This document shows positions 9,093 to 17,619 of a stretch of 64,000 nt of DNA, one piece after another. Positions within the stretch are counted from its first letter, which is position 1, and every line of letters begins with the position of its first letter. The notes beneath the pieces were generated by a model. It did not search any database, had not been told where the DNA came from, and saw only the letters and a list, made by a program, of their open reading frames with translations. Location: positions 62,001-126,000 of IMG/VR virus record IMGVR_UViG_3300043425_001539; one strand, given 5' to 3'. Both the position numbers and the translations under genes were made by a program.

Positions 9093-9644
9093 CTATACAG
9101 ATATTTTTTTTGTATCCGTAGATCCTATAAAATCTTTTTTAACCATAACTGTGATAATGACAAAAATCAAATTACCTGAATCATTTTTTAGAGCACCTAT
9201 TATGTTTAAAAAATTTTTATCGTTTCTTATCCAATACTTTTGTCCTATCTCATCAATTCCTTTTAGTTGATTGTTTGCAATTTTAGGTAATGCTTTATTT
9301 ATTTGATCGACTATATCATTATCTTTTATTTCGTTATCATACCCATGTCTAAACTTTCTTATTTCTGCATGTGTCGTGGTATTTAAAATAACTTTCATAG
9401 GAATTGTACTTTTAATTGCTCCGATATTTCTTTCTATCAATTTTTTATTATCTAATCCATCAATAACCGAAAAACTTAACAATTCTTTATACTGATTTTC
9501 CGCTATTAAATTATTATTACATATTGATTTGATGGTTAGCTTTTCATTATTTATTTCAATAAAATCTTCAACTTGATAATTAGAAAAAAATTCAAATGCT
9601 TCTTGATTTTGGATAAATGATTCAAAAGTTTGAACGTACTCCAT
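9093..9644 (-). CDS. Hypothetical protein with CTS-like leader
   Basis: MEYVQTFESFIQNQE; C-terminal HAEIRKFRH...IITVMVKKDF could be a BECR/RelE-like nuclease fold (weak). Confidence 0.6.
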   Translation of the reverse strand: MEYVQTFESFIQNQEAFEFFSNYQVEDFIEINNEKLTIKSICNNNLIAENQYKELLSFSVIDGLDNKKLIERNIGAIKSTIPMKVILNTTTHAEIRKFRHGYDNEIKDNDIVDQINKALPKIANNQLKGIDEIGQKYWIRNDKNFLNIIGALKNDSGNLIFVIITVMVKKDFIGSTDTKKISV

Positions 9645-9906
9645 AATATTTTTTTATTTTAACTTTAAGATCAGTAGATCCTTTGATAACCCGATGAATT
9701 ATACCAGCGGGTATATGTATTTTTTTATTGATAGGAATAGGTAATTCATTATCAAATTGAAAAAACCAATCATTTTCATTCAAAGGTTCAACGTCTCTGT
9801 CTTCTTCATCCCAATGCCATTTAAGTTCGCTTTCATCAACGTTGGCATCAAAATGACGAACTAATTCATTGCTATTCACTTTAGATTCATCAAAAGGTTT
9901 AATCAT
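9622..9906 (-). CDS. Small cupin-like protein
   Basis: KWHWDEEDR...WFFQFDNELP...IPAGIIHRVIKG cupin pattern. Confidence 0.7.
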   Translation of the reverse strand: MIKPFDESKVNSNELVRHFDANVDESELKWHWDEEDRDVEPLNENDWFFQFDNELPIPINKKIHIPAGIIHRVIKGSTDLKVKIKKYYGVRSNF

Positions 9907-9911
9907 ATATT

Positions 9912-9920
9912 TTATATATC
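9912..9920 (-). promoter_or_regulatory. Candidate late-promoter motif GATATATAA
   Basis: Only 5 nt upstream of the ATG at 9906, immediately after a terminator. Confidence 0.55.
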
Positions 9921-9970
9921 AAATAAAAAATCCTGCCTTACAATGCAAAAATACAAAGTAAAGCAGGATT
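9921..9970 (-). terminator. Rho-independent terminator
   Basis: Minus strand AATCCTGCTTTAC / GTAAGGCAGGATT 13-bp stem (one U.G pair) followed by a U-tract, about 20 nt after the stop of 9992-10183. Confidence 0.75.
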
Positions 9971-9991
9971 TGGATTTTTTAATTGATAAAA

Positions 9992-10183
9992 TTAAGCAGG
10001 AGTTTCTTGCTCACTTTTAATTTTAGCAATCACAGACCAAATGCCACCGATAAGTGTAACAAAAGCGCCTGATAGCTCTTCATAAACTCCATTTTCAACG
10101 TAACCTCTCATTACCAAAATACCGCCGGCAAATGTAAGTACGTGTCTAATGACGCCTAATACTTGTTCTCTTGTGAATTTCAT
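9992..10183 (-). CDS. Small two-TM holin candidate (Pam3-gp28-like)
   Basis: 63 aa; EQVLGVIRHVLTFAGGILV and GAFVTLIGGIWSV hydrophobic segments. Confidence 0.6.
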   Translation of the reverse strand: MKFTREQVLGVIRHVLTFAGGILVMRGYVENGVYEELSGAFVTLIGGIWSVIAKIKSEQETPA

Positions 10184-10199
10184 AGTTTAAAATTTTATT

Positions 10200-10208
10200 T
10201 TATATATT
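10200..10208 (-). promoter_or_regulatory. Candidate late-promoter motif AATATATAA
   Basis: Intergenic, 16 nt upstream of the ATG at 10183. Confidence 0.55.
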
Positions 10209-10219
10209 AAGATTAAAAA

Positions 10220-10759
10220 TTACCAAGGCTCATCACTCTGCAAACCCAATTGCTTGCCAAATAATGAGGGAGCATAACAGCTCCAAAACCCAGGTTTGCT
10301 TGGATCCATTCTGGCCTTTGTGTCACATTGCTGTCTTGCCCAAAAACTTGCAGCTGCTTTTGGGTCATCATTTTTTATGCTTAGTCCGCTGGTATCACCC
10401 CATTCAATTTTTGTAGCTAAGATGTTGCCGTCATCATCTTTTTTCCCACTGTTATGATAAACAAAAAATTTCTTGTCTCCGCCTCTTGTAGGAGTATCAA
10501 GTTCAACATCTAATAGTTTGCCATCATCGGATTTAAACTTTGCCTTTTTTCCTACTTCTAAATTTTTTGTCATCCATGCAGCTTTACCTTTCAATATTAT
10601 GTTGCCTTCATCCCAATATTTTTTGGTTTCCTCAAAAAGATTACGATATGCATCACTTCCTAAACGATACACTGAATTAGTTATATCCAAACCGTTTTCC
10701 ATGTGATACCTAAAGCCTTCACTCACAATAAAATCATTAAAATCTTTAACGTATTTCAT
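10220..10759 (-). CDS. Conserved phage protein with SFWARQQC...FWSC motif and CTS-like leader
   Basis: ATG 10759 gives MKYVKDFNDFIVSE. C-terminal DPKAAASFWARQQC...PGFWSC recalls a widespread phage domain of unknown function. Confidence 0.65.
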   Translation of the reverse strand: MKYVKDFNDFIVSEGFRYHMENGLDITNSVYRLGSDAYRNLFEETKKYWDEGNIILKGKAAWMTKNLEVGKKAKFKSDDGKLLDVELDTPTRGGDKKFFVYHNSGKKDDDGNILATKIEWGDTSGLSIKNDDPKAAASFWARQQCDTKARMDPSKPGFWSCYAPSLFGKQLGLQSDEPW

Positions 10760-10790
10760 TTTGTCATCCAAGTTTGTATTTTTATATTCA

Positions 10791-11243
10791 TCACATTCTT
10801 TCTTTTGTAAATTTTACAAGTTTATTTTTTTCAATGTAATCTTCATACAATTTTGCATTCATTAACGGTTCTTCATATACCATAATGTATCCTTCATCTT
10901 CCCAAAATTGTAAAAATTCTGGTATTTTCTTTTCTAATCCACACGTGAGAGAAAAACTGCTGCTAGGAGGGACTACTCCCAAATCTAAAGCAAGCTGTGT
11001 GCGTTTAAATTTGCCTCTTTCTTCAGTAAAAAGTTTAGGGTAATGCAATTCCATTGGCCACGCAATTGATGAATTGTATTTAAGCTCATTATAAAATGTT
11101 ATTGAACAACTTTCAATATTTCGTTTATCACGAGAATAAAGTTTCCACCAGACGTATTTGGCTTTATTATTTTTTCCTTCATTGATTTCAGCATGTTTTC
11201 CGTTTTCTGCTAAATATTTATCAAAATTATATATGTGTTTCAT
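10791..11243 (-). CDS. Hypothetical protein with CTS-like leader
   Basis: Start moved to ATG 11243 (MKHIYNFDKYLAE), 1 nt after the ferritin stop. Confidence 0.6.
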   Translation of the reverse strand: MKHIYNFDKYLAENGKHAEINEGKNNKAKYVWWKLYSRDKRNIESCSITFYNELKYNSSIAWPMELHYPKLFTEERGKFKRTQLALDLGVVPPSSSFSLTCGLEKKIPEFLQFWEDEGYIMVYEEPLMNAKLYEDYIEKNKLVKFTKERM

Positions 11244-11244
11244 A

Positions 11245-11838
11245 TTAGAAGTATGTTTGTTCAAAGAAAAGTAATTCAAACGGATTTGACGGATTGACTA
11301 ACTCAAGCGCGTTTAAATAGTCTGAATATTCTTCAACTTCGCCATTTTGGATATCAACGTATTGTTGTATGAAATTAAAGGTAGCAGGATCTAAGCTAAC
11401 CAAAAACTTTTGATTTTCGGAATACGCATTTAATAAGGTTTCCTCAATCATATAAGCTTTGTTAATAATATCAACTAAACCCGAAAAATTAATTGTGGTA
11501 TGTACTTGCGGAATAACAGGTAAAGCATTCCATTGAGTAATGTAATCTTGTAAACCTTTTGCGTGACCCAATTCGCCTTCCGCTTCTTTGTTAAAAAAAT
11601 CAGCAGCCTTTTTATAATTTGCATTTTTACACCAGTTTGCGGCATTTCTGTAAAAGAAATATGCTGTATATTCATCGCCCAATCTTTCATTTAATAATTG
11701 TTCAACTTCAGGCAAAAGTTTTTTAGGTTTAATAGGTAAAACTGTTGAAGACATACCTATAGAGTGAAAAGATTCGTTAACGCCTGAATCCGCGGGTTTT
11801 TTAGATTTTGAACTTCTAAAAGATGAAAAATTTTCCAT
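11245..11838 (-). CDS. Non-heme ferritin (FtnA-like) with N-terminal extension
   Basis: Ferroxidase-like residues in GDEYTAYFFY, EAEGELGHA, YMIEE and DIQNGEVEEY, spaced as in bacterial ferritins. Confidence 0.85.
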   Translation of the reverse strand: MENFSSFRSSKSKKPADSGVNESFHSIGMSSTVLPIKPKKLLPEVEQLLNERLGDEYTAYFFYRNAANWCKNANYKKAADFFNKEAEGELGHAKGLQDYITQWNALPVIPQVHTTINFSGLVDIINKAYMIEETLLNAYSENQKFLVSLDPATFNFIQQYVDIQNGEVEEYSDYLNALELVNPSNPFELLFFEQTYF

Positions 11839-11878
11839 TTAAAAAAATTATTTTATGTATTCTTTATACTTATTATAT

Positions 11879-12163
11879 TTAATATATTAAGTTTTCCCAG
11901 TTAAACCCTTCACCAAGAAATTCATCATTAAACTTTGTTGAACTTAAAAGATTTCCTTGACTGTCGTATATGTTCCACATAATTACGCCATGTTCATTGG
12001 TGATTTCAATTTTTCTTTCTCCATATTCGGAAACATATGTGGTTGATGCTACATCAGTTGCGTCGTTATATTTCCACCCTAAACTTTTTAGGTCAAGAAC
12101 AAGATCTTGCCATTCAGTATCGGATTCATTAATAAATGTTTTAAAACTATTAATATAATGCAT
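11879..12163 (-). CDS. Hypothetical protein with CTS-like leader
   Basis: Start moved to ATG 12163 (MHYINSFKTFINES), 1 nt after the upstream stop. Confidence 0.6.
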   Translation of the reverse strand: MHYINSFKTFINESDTEWQDLVLDLKSLGWKYNDATDVASTTYVSEYGERKIEITNEHGVIMWNIYDSQGNLLSSTKFNDEFLGEGFNWENLIY

Positions 12164-12164
12164 A

Positions 12165-12638
12165 CTATTTGTATTTTTTAATCCAATTTTCAAATACTGT
12201 AACAGGAGTCCTGTGCGCCATATTTTCGTAATGAAAAACATTGTTACCATTTCCCATTATTTGCAACCATTGCACTGTTTGAAAAGGTTTAATAACTTGA
12301 TCATTTAAACCCAAAATAATAGTATTGGTTACCTTTTTACCTCCTTTGGGATCAGGCGAAATGTTAACATGTATGCTACGATTATGCAAAGCTGGATTAA
12401 ATAATAAAGTAGGAATATTGGTTTTTGTTGAAATGCAATACGATATCCATCCGCCCATTGAAGACCCAATCAAAAGATCAATCTTTTTTTCTTTAATTTC
12501 TGATATAATTTTATCATAATTAATATTACTTTGGTAGTTCATAGGCGGATCATACACATAATCAAAATATTTGCGCAAAATATCATTTTTCTCTGTGTAA
12601 GGATCGGATTCTAATCCGTGAAAATATGCAACTTTCAT
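12165..12638 (-). CDS. YqiA/YcfP-like alpha/beta hydrolase
   Basis: YFHGLES, LLIGSSMGG (GxSxG), LLFNPAL, Asp in LNDQV and His in MAHR. Confidence 0.85.
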   Translation of the reverse strand: MKVAYFHGLESDPYTEKNDILRKYFDYVYDPPMNYQSNINYDKIISEIKEKKIDLLIGSSMGGWISYCISTKTNIPTLLFNPALHNRSIHVNISPDPKGGKKVTNTIILGLNDQVIKPFQTVQWLQIMGNGNNVFHYENMAHRTPVTVFENWIKKYK

Positions 12639-12643
12639 AATAA

Positions 12644-13237
12644 TTATTTTTTTGGTCTGCCTAACATAATTTTATCGTGAACATGCCCTCCAATCGTTCT
12701 GCTATACCATCCATCACCTGAAGCATTATTTTTGGTTCCTATCCAGTTAATTGGTTTACCTAAAATTTTGGCAACCAATTCAGCATCATCAACAACAGGA
12801 ACGTTATATTTATTCATTAAAATTTCCGCAATTTTGCCCGAAACTTCAATGTAATGTCCTAATTTTTTAAGCTCAGTGCCACGCATCTCTAAATACTTTC
12901 TTTTGGATGCGGCATCGCCGTCGTGTCCTACTCCGGAATATTTTATGCCATGCTTTGTCTTTTCTCCAAAAATAATAATATCAAAGTTATTATCATTATG
13001 AATATCAACCCCTTCCCAATAATTCCAATCAGGATCAGAAAAAACATCTTTAGGCGTTTTTACTTTAACGTGTCCTCCTATCTCAGCATATGCAATGGAA
13101 ATTAATTCATAAAATTCATCAGCCAATTCAGGATGTTTTTTAGGATCAAATGTTATAGCTTTATTTCTAACAGGATTAAAAATTTCTCCTGAAGATTTTT
13201 CATTTAAAAAGCTTTCAAATGTTTGAACATATCTCAT
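12644..13237 (-). CDS. Conserved hypothetical protein with CTS-like leader
   Basis: MRYVQTFESFLNEK leader; 197 aa alpha/beta; no firm family assignment. Confidence 0.6.
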   Translation of the reverse strand: MRYVQTFESFLNEKSSGEIFNPVRNKAITFDPKKHPELADEFYELISIAYAEIGGHVKVKTPKDVFSDPDWNYWEGVDIHNDNNFDIIIFGEKTKHGIKYSGVGHDGDAASKRKYLEMRGTELKKLGHYIEVSGKIAEILMNKYNVPVVDDAELVAKILGKPINWIGTKNNASGDGWYSRTIGGHVHDKIMLGRPKK

Positions 13238-13248
13238 TTTTTTAACAT

Positions 13249-14988
13249 TTATTTATTATATACAAGAATAGAACGAATTTGATGAAGAGCCGCAAAAATT
13301 CCTGTAAATTTATATAATTTTCCTTTGTATAAAAAAGTTATACCTTCGGTAGGCACAATTGATTCTAATCCGCCGGCCGCCGCAACTCTTTCCAATTCAT
13401 ATTCCATTTTTTTAATTGCGTCTTCTCCGCCTTCCTTGCGGATTTTAGCAATAACACTATCAATTTCTTTTTTCATTTCTTCAGCTGCTTTAGTTGGATT
13501 TGCTGATAGAAACGAAGAAACATTTTTCATTACTTCGGTGCCTAATTCCAAAAATATTGATTCAAGCGGAAGATATACTCTTTTTTTTAATTCTTTTTCG
13601 CGAGTCTTTTCTAAATTAATAAACCATTCGGAAACGTTTACTGCTAAATTCTTTTTAATATTAGCAACTGTAAATGACTTATCTATGCCTGCTATCCTCT
13701 TTCCAAGCGCATCTAAATATTCATCAGGTATATCAATATTATCTCTTTTAGCAAGATCCTGTAGCATCCTTTTTGCATTGCCTAAAGCGTATTCTTCAAC
13801 GCTCGAAGAAAGATTAGTACCGCTTTCTTTCATTATTTTATTTAATAAAGAATAGTAGTATGCTTCCCTTGATTTGGTATTAGGCAAAGGTTGTAATGAA
13901 ATATCTTGAGGTCCTCTTACATAAAACATTTCTTGCGCAGCAGCATTTGCATCAGCAATTAATTTACCTAAATCTCTGCCAGCCTGTTTATCTTCGCCAA
14001 TAGGGTTTCCATTTTCATCATATTCAATAACTCCATGAAATACCAACATATTTTGTCCATAAGGTACAGTATTTTGTGTAACTGGAGTTATAATTTCAAC
14101 GCTTGCAAATTTTCTTCCGTTTGCAAAATATTTTTCTTTGATGGCATTGCTTAACGATCCTACAGAAGAATTCAAGTCTTTCATTGCGGCAACAAACGCA
14201 ATTTCTATGTCGCCTCTTCCCGCAAACATATTGGCAATTCCTTTTATTGTCAAAGAATCTTGCCCAAAATTTTTAATATGACTTTTATTACGAGCTGCTC
14301 TAATTTCTCCGTCCTTCCATGATATTGATAGCTGCTGGCCGTCTGTGTTATGAACCAATATGCCATTAGCAAAATATCTATGATTATTACCTACTGTTAA
14401 ATCATAACATTTTTCGGTAGATACAATTTTACGAATTGATTTTACTTTTGATCTTTTGCTTAAATTTTCGGTATCCCGCAAATCTTTTTTCCAGACAGTT
14501 AAAACTTCATCACCTTCTTTTATTTCGTCAGCTCTTAGGTCAAACCCGTTAACATAAATTCTATGATTCGGCGTAGTTCTAATAATTTGTCCGTCTTCGG
14601 TTTCTATTTCAATCCATTCTGTTGCTTCTTCATTTTCAACCCAATCCATAATTGGTTGATATGAAATTTCTCCTAATTCATTGGATGTTAAAATATCATC
14701 TTCAATTTTTGATTCTACTAAATCTTTAATTGAAATTAATCCTTTTGATTTTAAAGAAACGATAGTATCTCCGGACAAACATTTCTCTTGTGTAAAATTT
14801 TCAGGTCCAAAAGAGCCATTCACCGCAGCACTTATCATATCCTTTATATCCTGCATTGATAAATCAATATCCTCAAAAGGATGCGAGAGGTGCCCGTAAG
14901 CACCTCCTTCATTTATTTTATCATTAACATTAAAGTTTGCTATACGGCTTTCTTGAATAAGAAATTCTTTATATTTTAAAAAAGTCAT
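13249..14988 (-). CDS. Ligase-like (KxDG) nucleotidyltransferase-fold protein containing a mini-intein; CTS-like leader
   Basis: After intein removal it reads GGAYGHLSHPFED...FTQEK-TDGQQLSISWKDGEIRAARNK, with ASVEII and LVFHG as further ligase-like motifs; 434 aa when spliced. Confidence 0.75.
   Translation of the reverse strand: MTFLKYKEFLIQESRIANFNVNDKINEGGAYGHLSHPFEDIDLSMQDIKDMISAAVNGSFGPENFTQEKCLSGDTIVSLKSKGLISIKDLVESKIEDDILTSNELGEISYQPIMDWVENEEATEWIEIETEDGQIIRTTPNHRIYVNGFDLRADEIKEGDEVLTVWKKDLRDTENLSKRSKVKSIRKIVSTEKCYDLTVGNNHRYFANGILVHNTDGQQLSISWKDGEIRAARNKSHIKNFGQDSLTIKGIANMFAGRGDIEIAFVAAMKDLNSSVGSLSNAIKEKYFANGRKFASVEIITPVTQNTVPYGQNMLVFHGVIEYDENGNPIGEDKQAGRDLGKLIADANAAAQEMFYVRGPQDISLQPLPNTKSREAYYYSLLNKIMKESGTNLSSSVEEYALGNAKRMLQDLAKRDNIDIPDEYLDALGKRIAGIDKSFTVANIKKNLAVNVSEWFINLEKTREKELKKRVYLPLESIFLELGTEVMKNVSSFLSANPTKAAEEMKKEIDSVIAKIRKEGGEDAIKKMEYELERVAAAGGLESIVPTEGITFLYKGKLYKFTGIFAALHQIRSILVYNK
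14347..14781 (-). mobile_element. Mini-intein, 145 aa, no homing endonuclease
   Basis: Block A CLSGDT, block B TTPNH, block F CYDLTV, block G YFANGILVHN followed by Thr as the +1 nucleophile. Confidence 0.92.
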
Positions 14989-15002
14989 TAGATTTTGTTT
15001 TT

Positions 15003-15686
15003 TTATCCAAGTCCTGCTGTCAAAATTCCTACTGCAGCGCCTAAATCGCCTTTAGCTTTTTTAAGAATACCATCAATTGTTTTTTCAGCTTTATTTTCAT
15101 CATAATCATTTTTATGCGCCTTCTTTAGAAGGTTTTGTGCATATTCTTTAAATTCTTCCTCGGTTTTAATTTTTGCTTCATTCAAGAATAAACCATACAA
15201 AAATTCAGCTTCGTCTATTACTAACTCTAAGTCTCTATCTTTATTTGCAATTAATTTGTTTAACTCTTTTTCAAGTTCTTTTTTCTTGGCGGTAAGAGCT
15301 TTTAATGTATTAAGTACTTTATCTTTTTCAGCGCCTGTTGCAGTTTTCCAAACTTTAGCAAGTTCAGCCATTTCTTTAGTTACTTTGCCCCATTCGTCAT
15401 GCACCTTTTCGATTGATTTAGCCTCATACATTTTAGCAGATTCTTTAACGCCGTGTTTTTCAATATCTTTTTCCCCCGCTTCGGTTGCTCCTTTGCCTTT
15501 ATCCCAATCGGTTTTTAAATCATTAAAAAACTCTTTTTTCTTTGCGTCGTCCAAATCAGCTGGTGATTTTGCTCCATATTTTGCTAATTTAGCGCCAAAA
15601 TAATCACGCCAATTTTTTTGCAAATCTGACAAAGCTTTTTCCTCTGCTTCGCGTATAAGTGGTGTATAAACCGATAGTTTTTTCAT
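15003..15686 (-). CDS. Lys/Glu-rich helical protein, probable prohead core/internal protein
   Basis: Highly charged; three helical modules separated by hydrophobic-x-E sites. Confidence 0.55.
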   Translation of the reverse strand: MKKLSVYTPLIREAEEKALSDLQKNWRDYFGAKLAKYGAKSPADLDDAKKKEFFNDLKTDWDKGKGATEAGEKDIEKHGVKESAKMYEAKSIEKVHDEWGKVTKEMAELAKVWKTATGAEKDKVLNTLKALTAKKKELEKELNKLIANKDRDLELVIDEAEFLYGLFLNEAKIKTEEEFKEYAQNLLKKAHKNDYDENKAEKTIDGILKKAKGDLGAAVGILTAGLG

Positions 15687-15704
15687 TCTTTTGGATTTTA
15701 TTTT

Positions 15705-16073
15705 TTATGCAGTTGTTCCGTAATGATTATCTTCATTTCCGAAATATTTTTTGGTTTCTTCTGTTAATGTTTTAATTGTTTCCTTAACTGTTTCGCCGAC
15801 AGAATCAGCAAGCATTTCAACAATATCTGAACTTATTCGCAATTTTTTATCAAGAGCATACACATACGTGGAAATACATTTATTAATTGTATTTCTTGCT
15901 TGTTTGTCATCGGTTTTGGCAAAATATACATCAAGTAATTTCCGCCTAAACCCTTCAACCGTTTCATCAGAATGGTTAACCGAAACTTCTTGTGGGCTAT
16001 TAGTTTTCATAACCCGACCAGACAAGTTTGTGCCTTTTTTTCCTTCAGCCAAAAAATCTTTATATAGTAACAT
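15705..16073 (-). CDS. Hypothetical protein with CTS-like leader
   Basis: MLLYKDFLAEG, very close to the T4 IPII/IPIII leader MKTYQEFIAE. Confidence 0.65.
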   Translation of the reverse strand: MLLYKDFLAEGKKGTNLSGRVMKTNSPQEVSVNHSDETVEGFRRKLLDVYFAKTDDKQARNTINKCISTYVYALDKKLRISSDIVEMLADSVGETVKETIKTLTEETKKYFGNEDNHYGTTA

Positions 16074-16076
16074 AAT

Positions 16077-16085
16077 TTATATATC
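16077..16085 (-). promoter_or_regulatory. Candidate late-promoter motif GATATATAA
   Basis: 3 nt upstream of the ATG at 16073, at the boundary between replication genes and the leader-bearing block. Confidence 0.55.
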
Positions 16086-16101
16086 ATATGCGTTTATGAT
16101 A

Positions 16102-17619
16102 TTAAATGTTAATTCTGTATTCTTTATATGGAAATCCTTGCTGTTTGTATATCTTCATTCTTTCTTCACCATGCTTTAATAAATAATTCTTATTTCCTCC
16201 GTTCATTGAAAAGTCATCTACAAAATCTATAATGTTAACTCTTTCCTTGCCGTCTTTTAAACGCATACCTCGCCCAATAGATTGCCTAACAATTTTTTCG
16301 GATTTATAGGATTCCACAAAAAACACATTATGAATATTATTAATACTAATTCCTGTTGAAAAAGTACCAAAACTTGCAATTAGTATTTTATCATCGCCTT
16401 CTTCCATTCGATTAATATAATCATCTCGCAAATTAATAGGAGTGTTGCCGTCTACATAAAATATCGTCTTATCACTTGTATATTCTCGCAAATAGTCATA
16501 AATTTGTTTTCCATATTGGTCTTTAACATTTTGAAATAATACTAAGCTATTTTTTGTTGATTTGGAAATAAAATCACACACAAATAAAAATCTAGGGCGA
16601 TTTTCAACAACCAATCTCTTTTCTATTTCTAATAGTTTGCTACCGTCAATTTCCGCTTTTCTGCTTCTTAGCTCTTCTAATTTTTCCCTGGAATCGGCAT
16701 CTAAATAATTGAGCTTTATTACTTTAATAAAAATTTTTGTGGCATAAGAATTTGCTTGCAAAAATGCGGCAGATATATTGTTTACCTGCGGACCTAAATA
16801 TGCTTGAATTGTTAATGCTTCGGTGCTACCATTTTGCAACATAGTACCCGACAACCCAAATGCATATTTGGTATTTAAACAATTTCCAATAATTTTTTTG
16901 ATGGAACTTGCTTGAGTGTGATGCGCTTCATCAACACAAATAGTAAAAATATCATCAAACCATTCTTTTTCACGTTTAACTAAAGTTTGATATGTTCCTA
17001 TAATAACATCAACGTCTTTTTTAGTTTTATCTGTTCCTCCGTGAACCATTTGTAATAAATAACGTAATTTACCATTATTATAAACTTCCCAATCCTCGTT
17101 GGTTTGAATAATTAGATTGGTGTTAGGAACAACCATTAAAAACTTTCCAGCTTTTTTACGGTCATATAAATAGGCAAAAATCATAAAAATGATTAGAGTT
17201 TTACCAGCCGAAGTGGCAATTTCAGATATGCTTCTACGGTATTTTAAAATTGGAATGCAAGCATCTATCTGATAATCTCTGGGTTTAATTTTTGGATGAT
17301 CGGAAAAAAACTCGTTTACCCAGCTTCTAAAATCTTCTTCATCAAAATTATAATCAATAACTTCTTCAATTCCTTCGATATCAAGTTTAAATTCGTATGT
17401 TTTACAAACATTACTTAATTCATTCCACAATCCAATAGGTATTCTTTGATATTTATCAATAAATGTTATGTACCCATCCCAAAGTTTTTTCTTTACGAGT
17501 GGGTGAAACCTCCAATTAGTGATTCTTTTTTTGAAAGAATATTGTATTTGTTCTAACTCTGTACTATTGCCTTCAATAATCTGTATAAATCTTCCATCAG
17601 GAGTTACTCGTGCTTTCAT
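16102..17619 (-). CDS. uvsW: UvsW-like SF2 DNA helicase
   Basis: PRDYQ, ATSAGKT, VDEAH, GLSGT, ASFGTFSTGISI, RQSIGRGMR motifs in T4 UvsW arrangement. Confidence 0.92.
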   Translation of the reverse strand: MKARVTPDGRFIQIIEGNSTELEQIQYSFKKRITNWRFHPLVKKKLWDGYITFIDKYQRIPIGLWNELSNVCKTYEFKLDIEGIEEVIDYNFDEEDFRSWVNEFFSDHPKIKPRDYQIDACIPILKYRRSISEIATSAGKTLIIFMIFAYLYDRKKAGKFLMVVPNTNLIIQTNEDWEVYNNGKLRYLLQMVHGGTDKTKKDVDVIIGTYQTLVKREKEWFDDIFTICVDEAHHTQASSIKKIIGNCLNTKYAFGLSGTMLQNGSTEALTIQAYLGPQVNNISAAFLQANSYATKIFIKVIKLNYLDADSREKLEELRSRKAEIDGSKLLEIEKRLVVENRPRFLFVCDFISKSTKNSLVLFQNVKDQYGKQIYDYLREYTSDKTIFYVDGNTPINLRDDYINRMEEGDDKILIASFGTFSTGISINNIHNVFFVESYKSEKIVRQSIGRGMRLKDGKERVNIIDFVDDFSMNGGNKNYLLKHGEERMKIYKQQGFPYKEYRINI

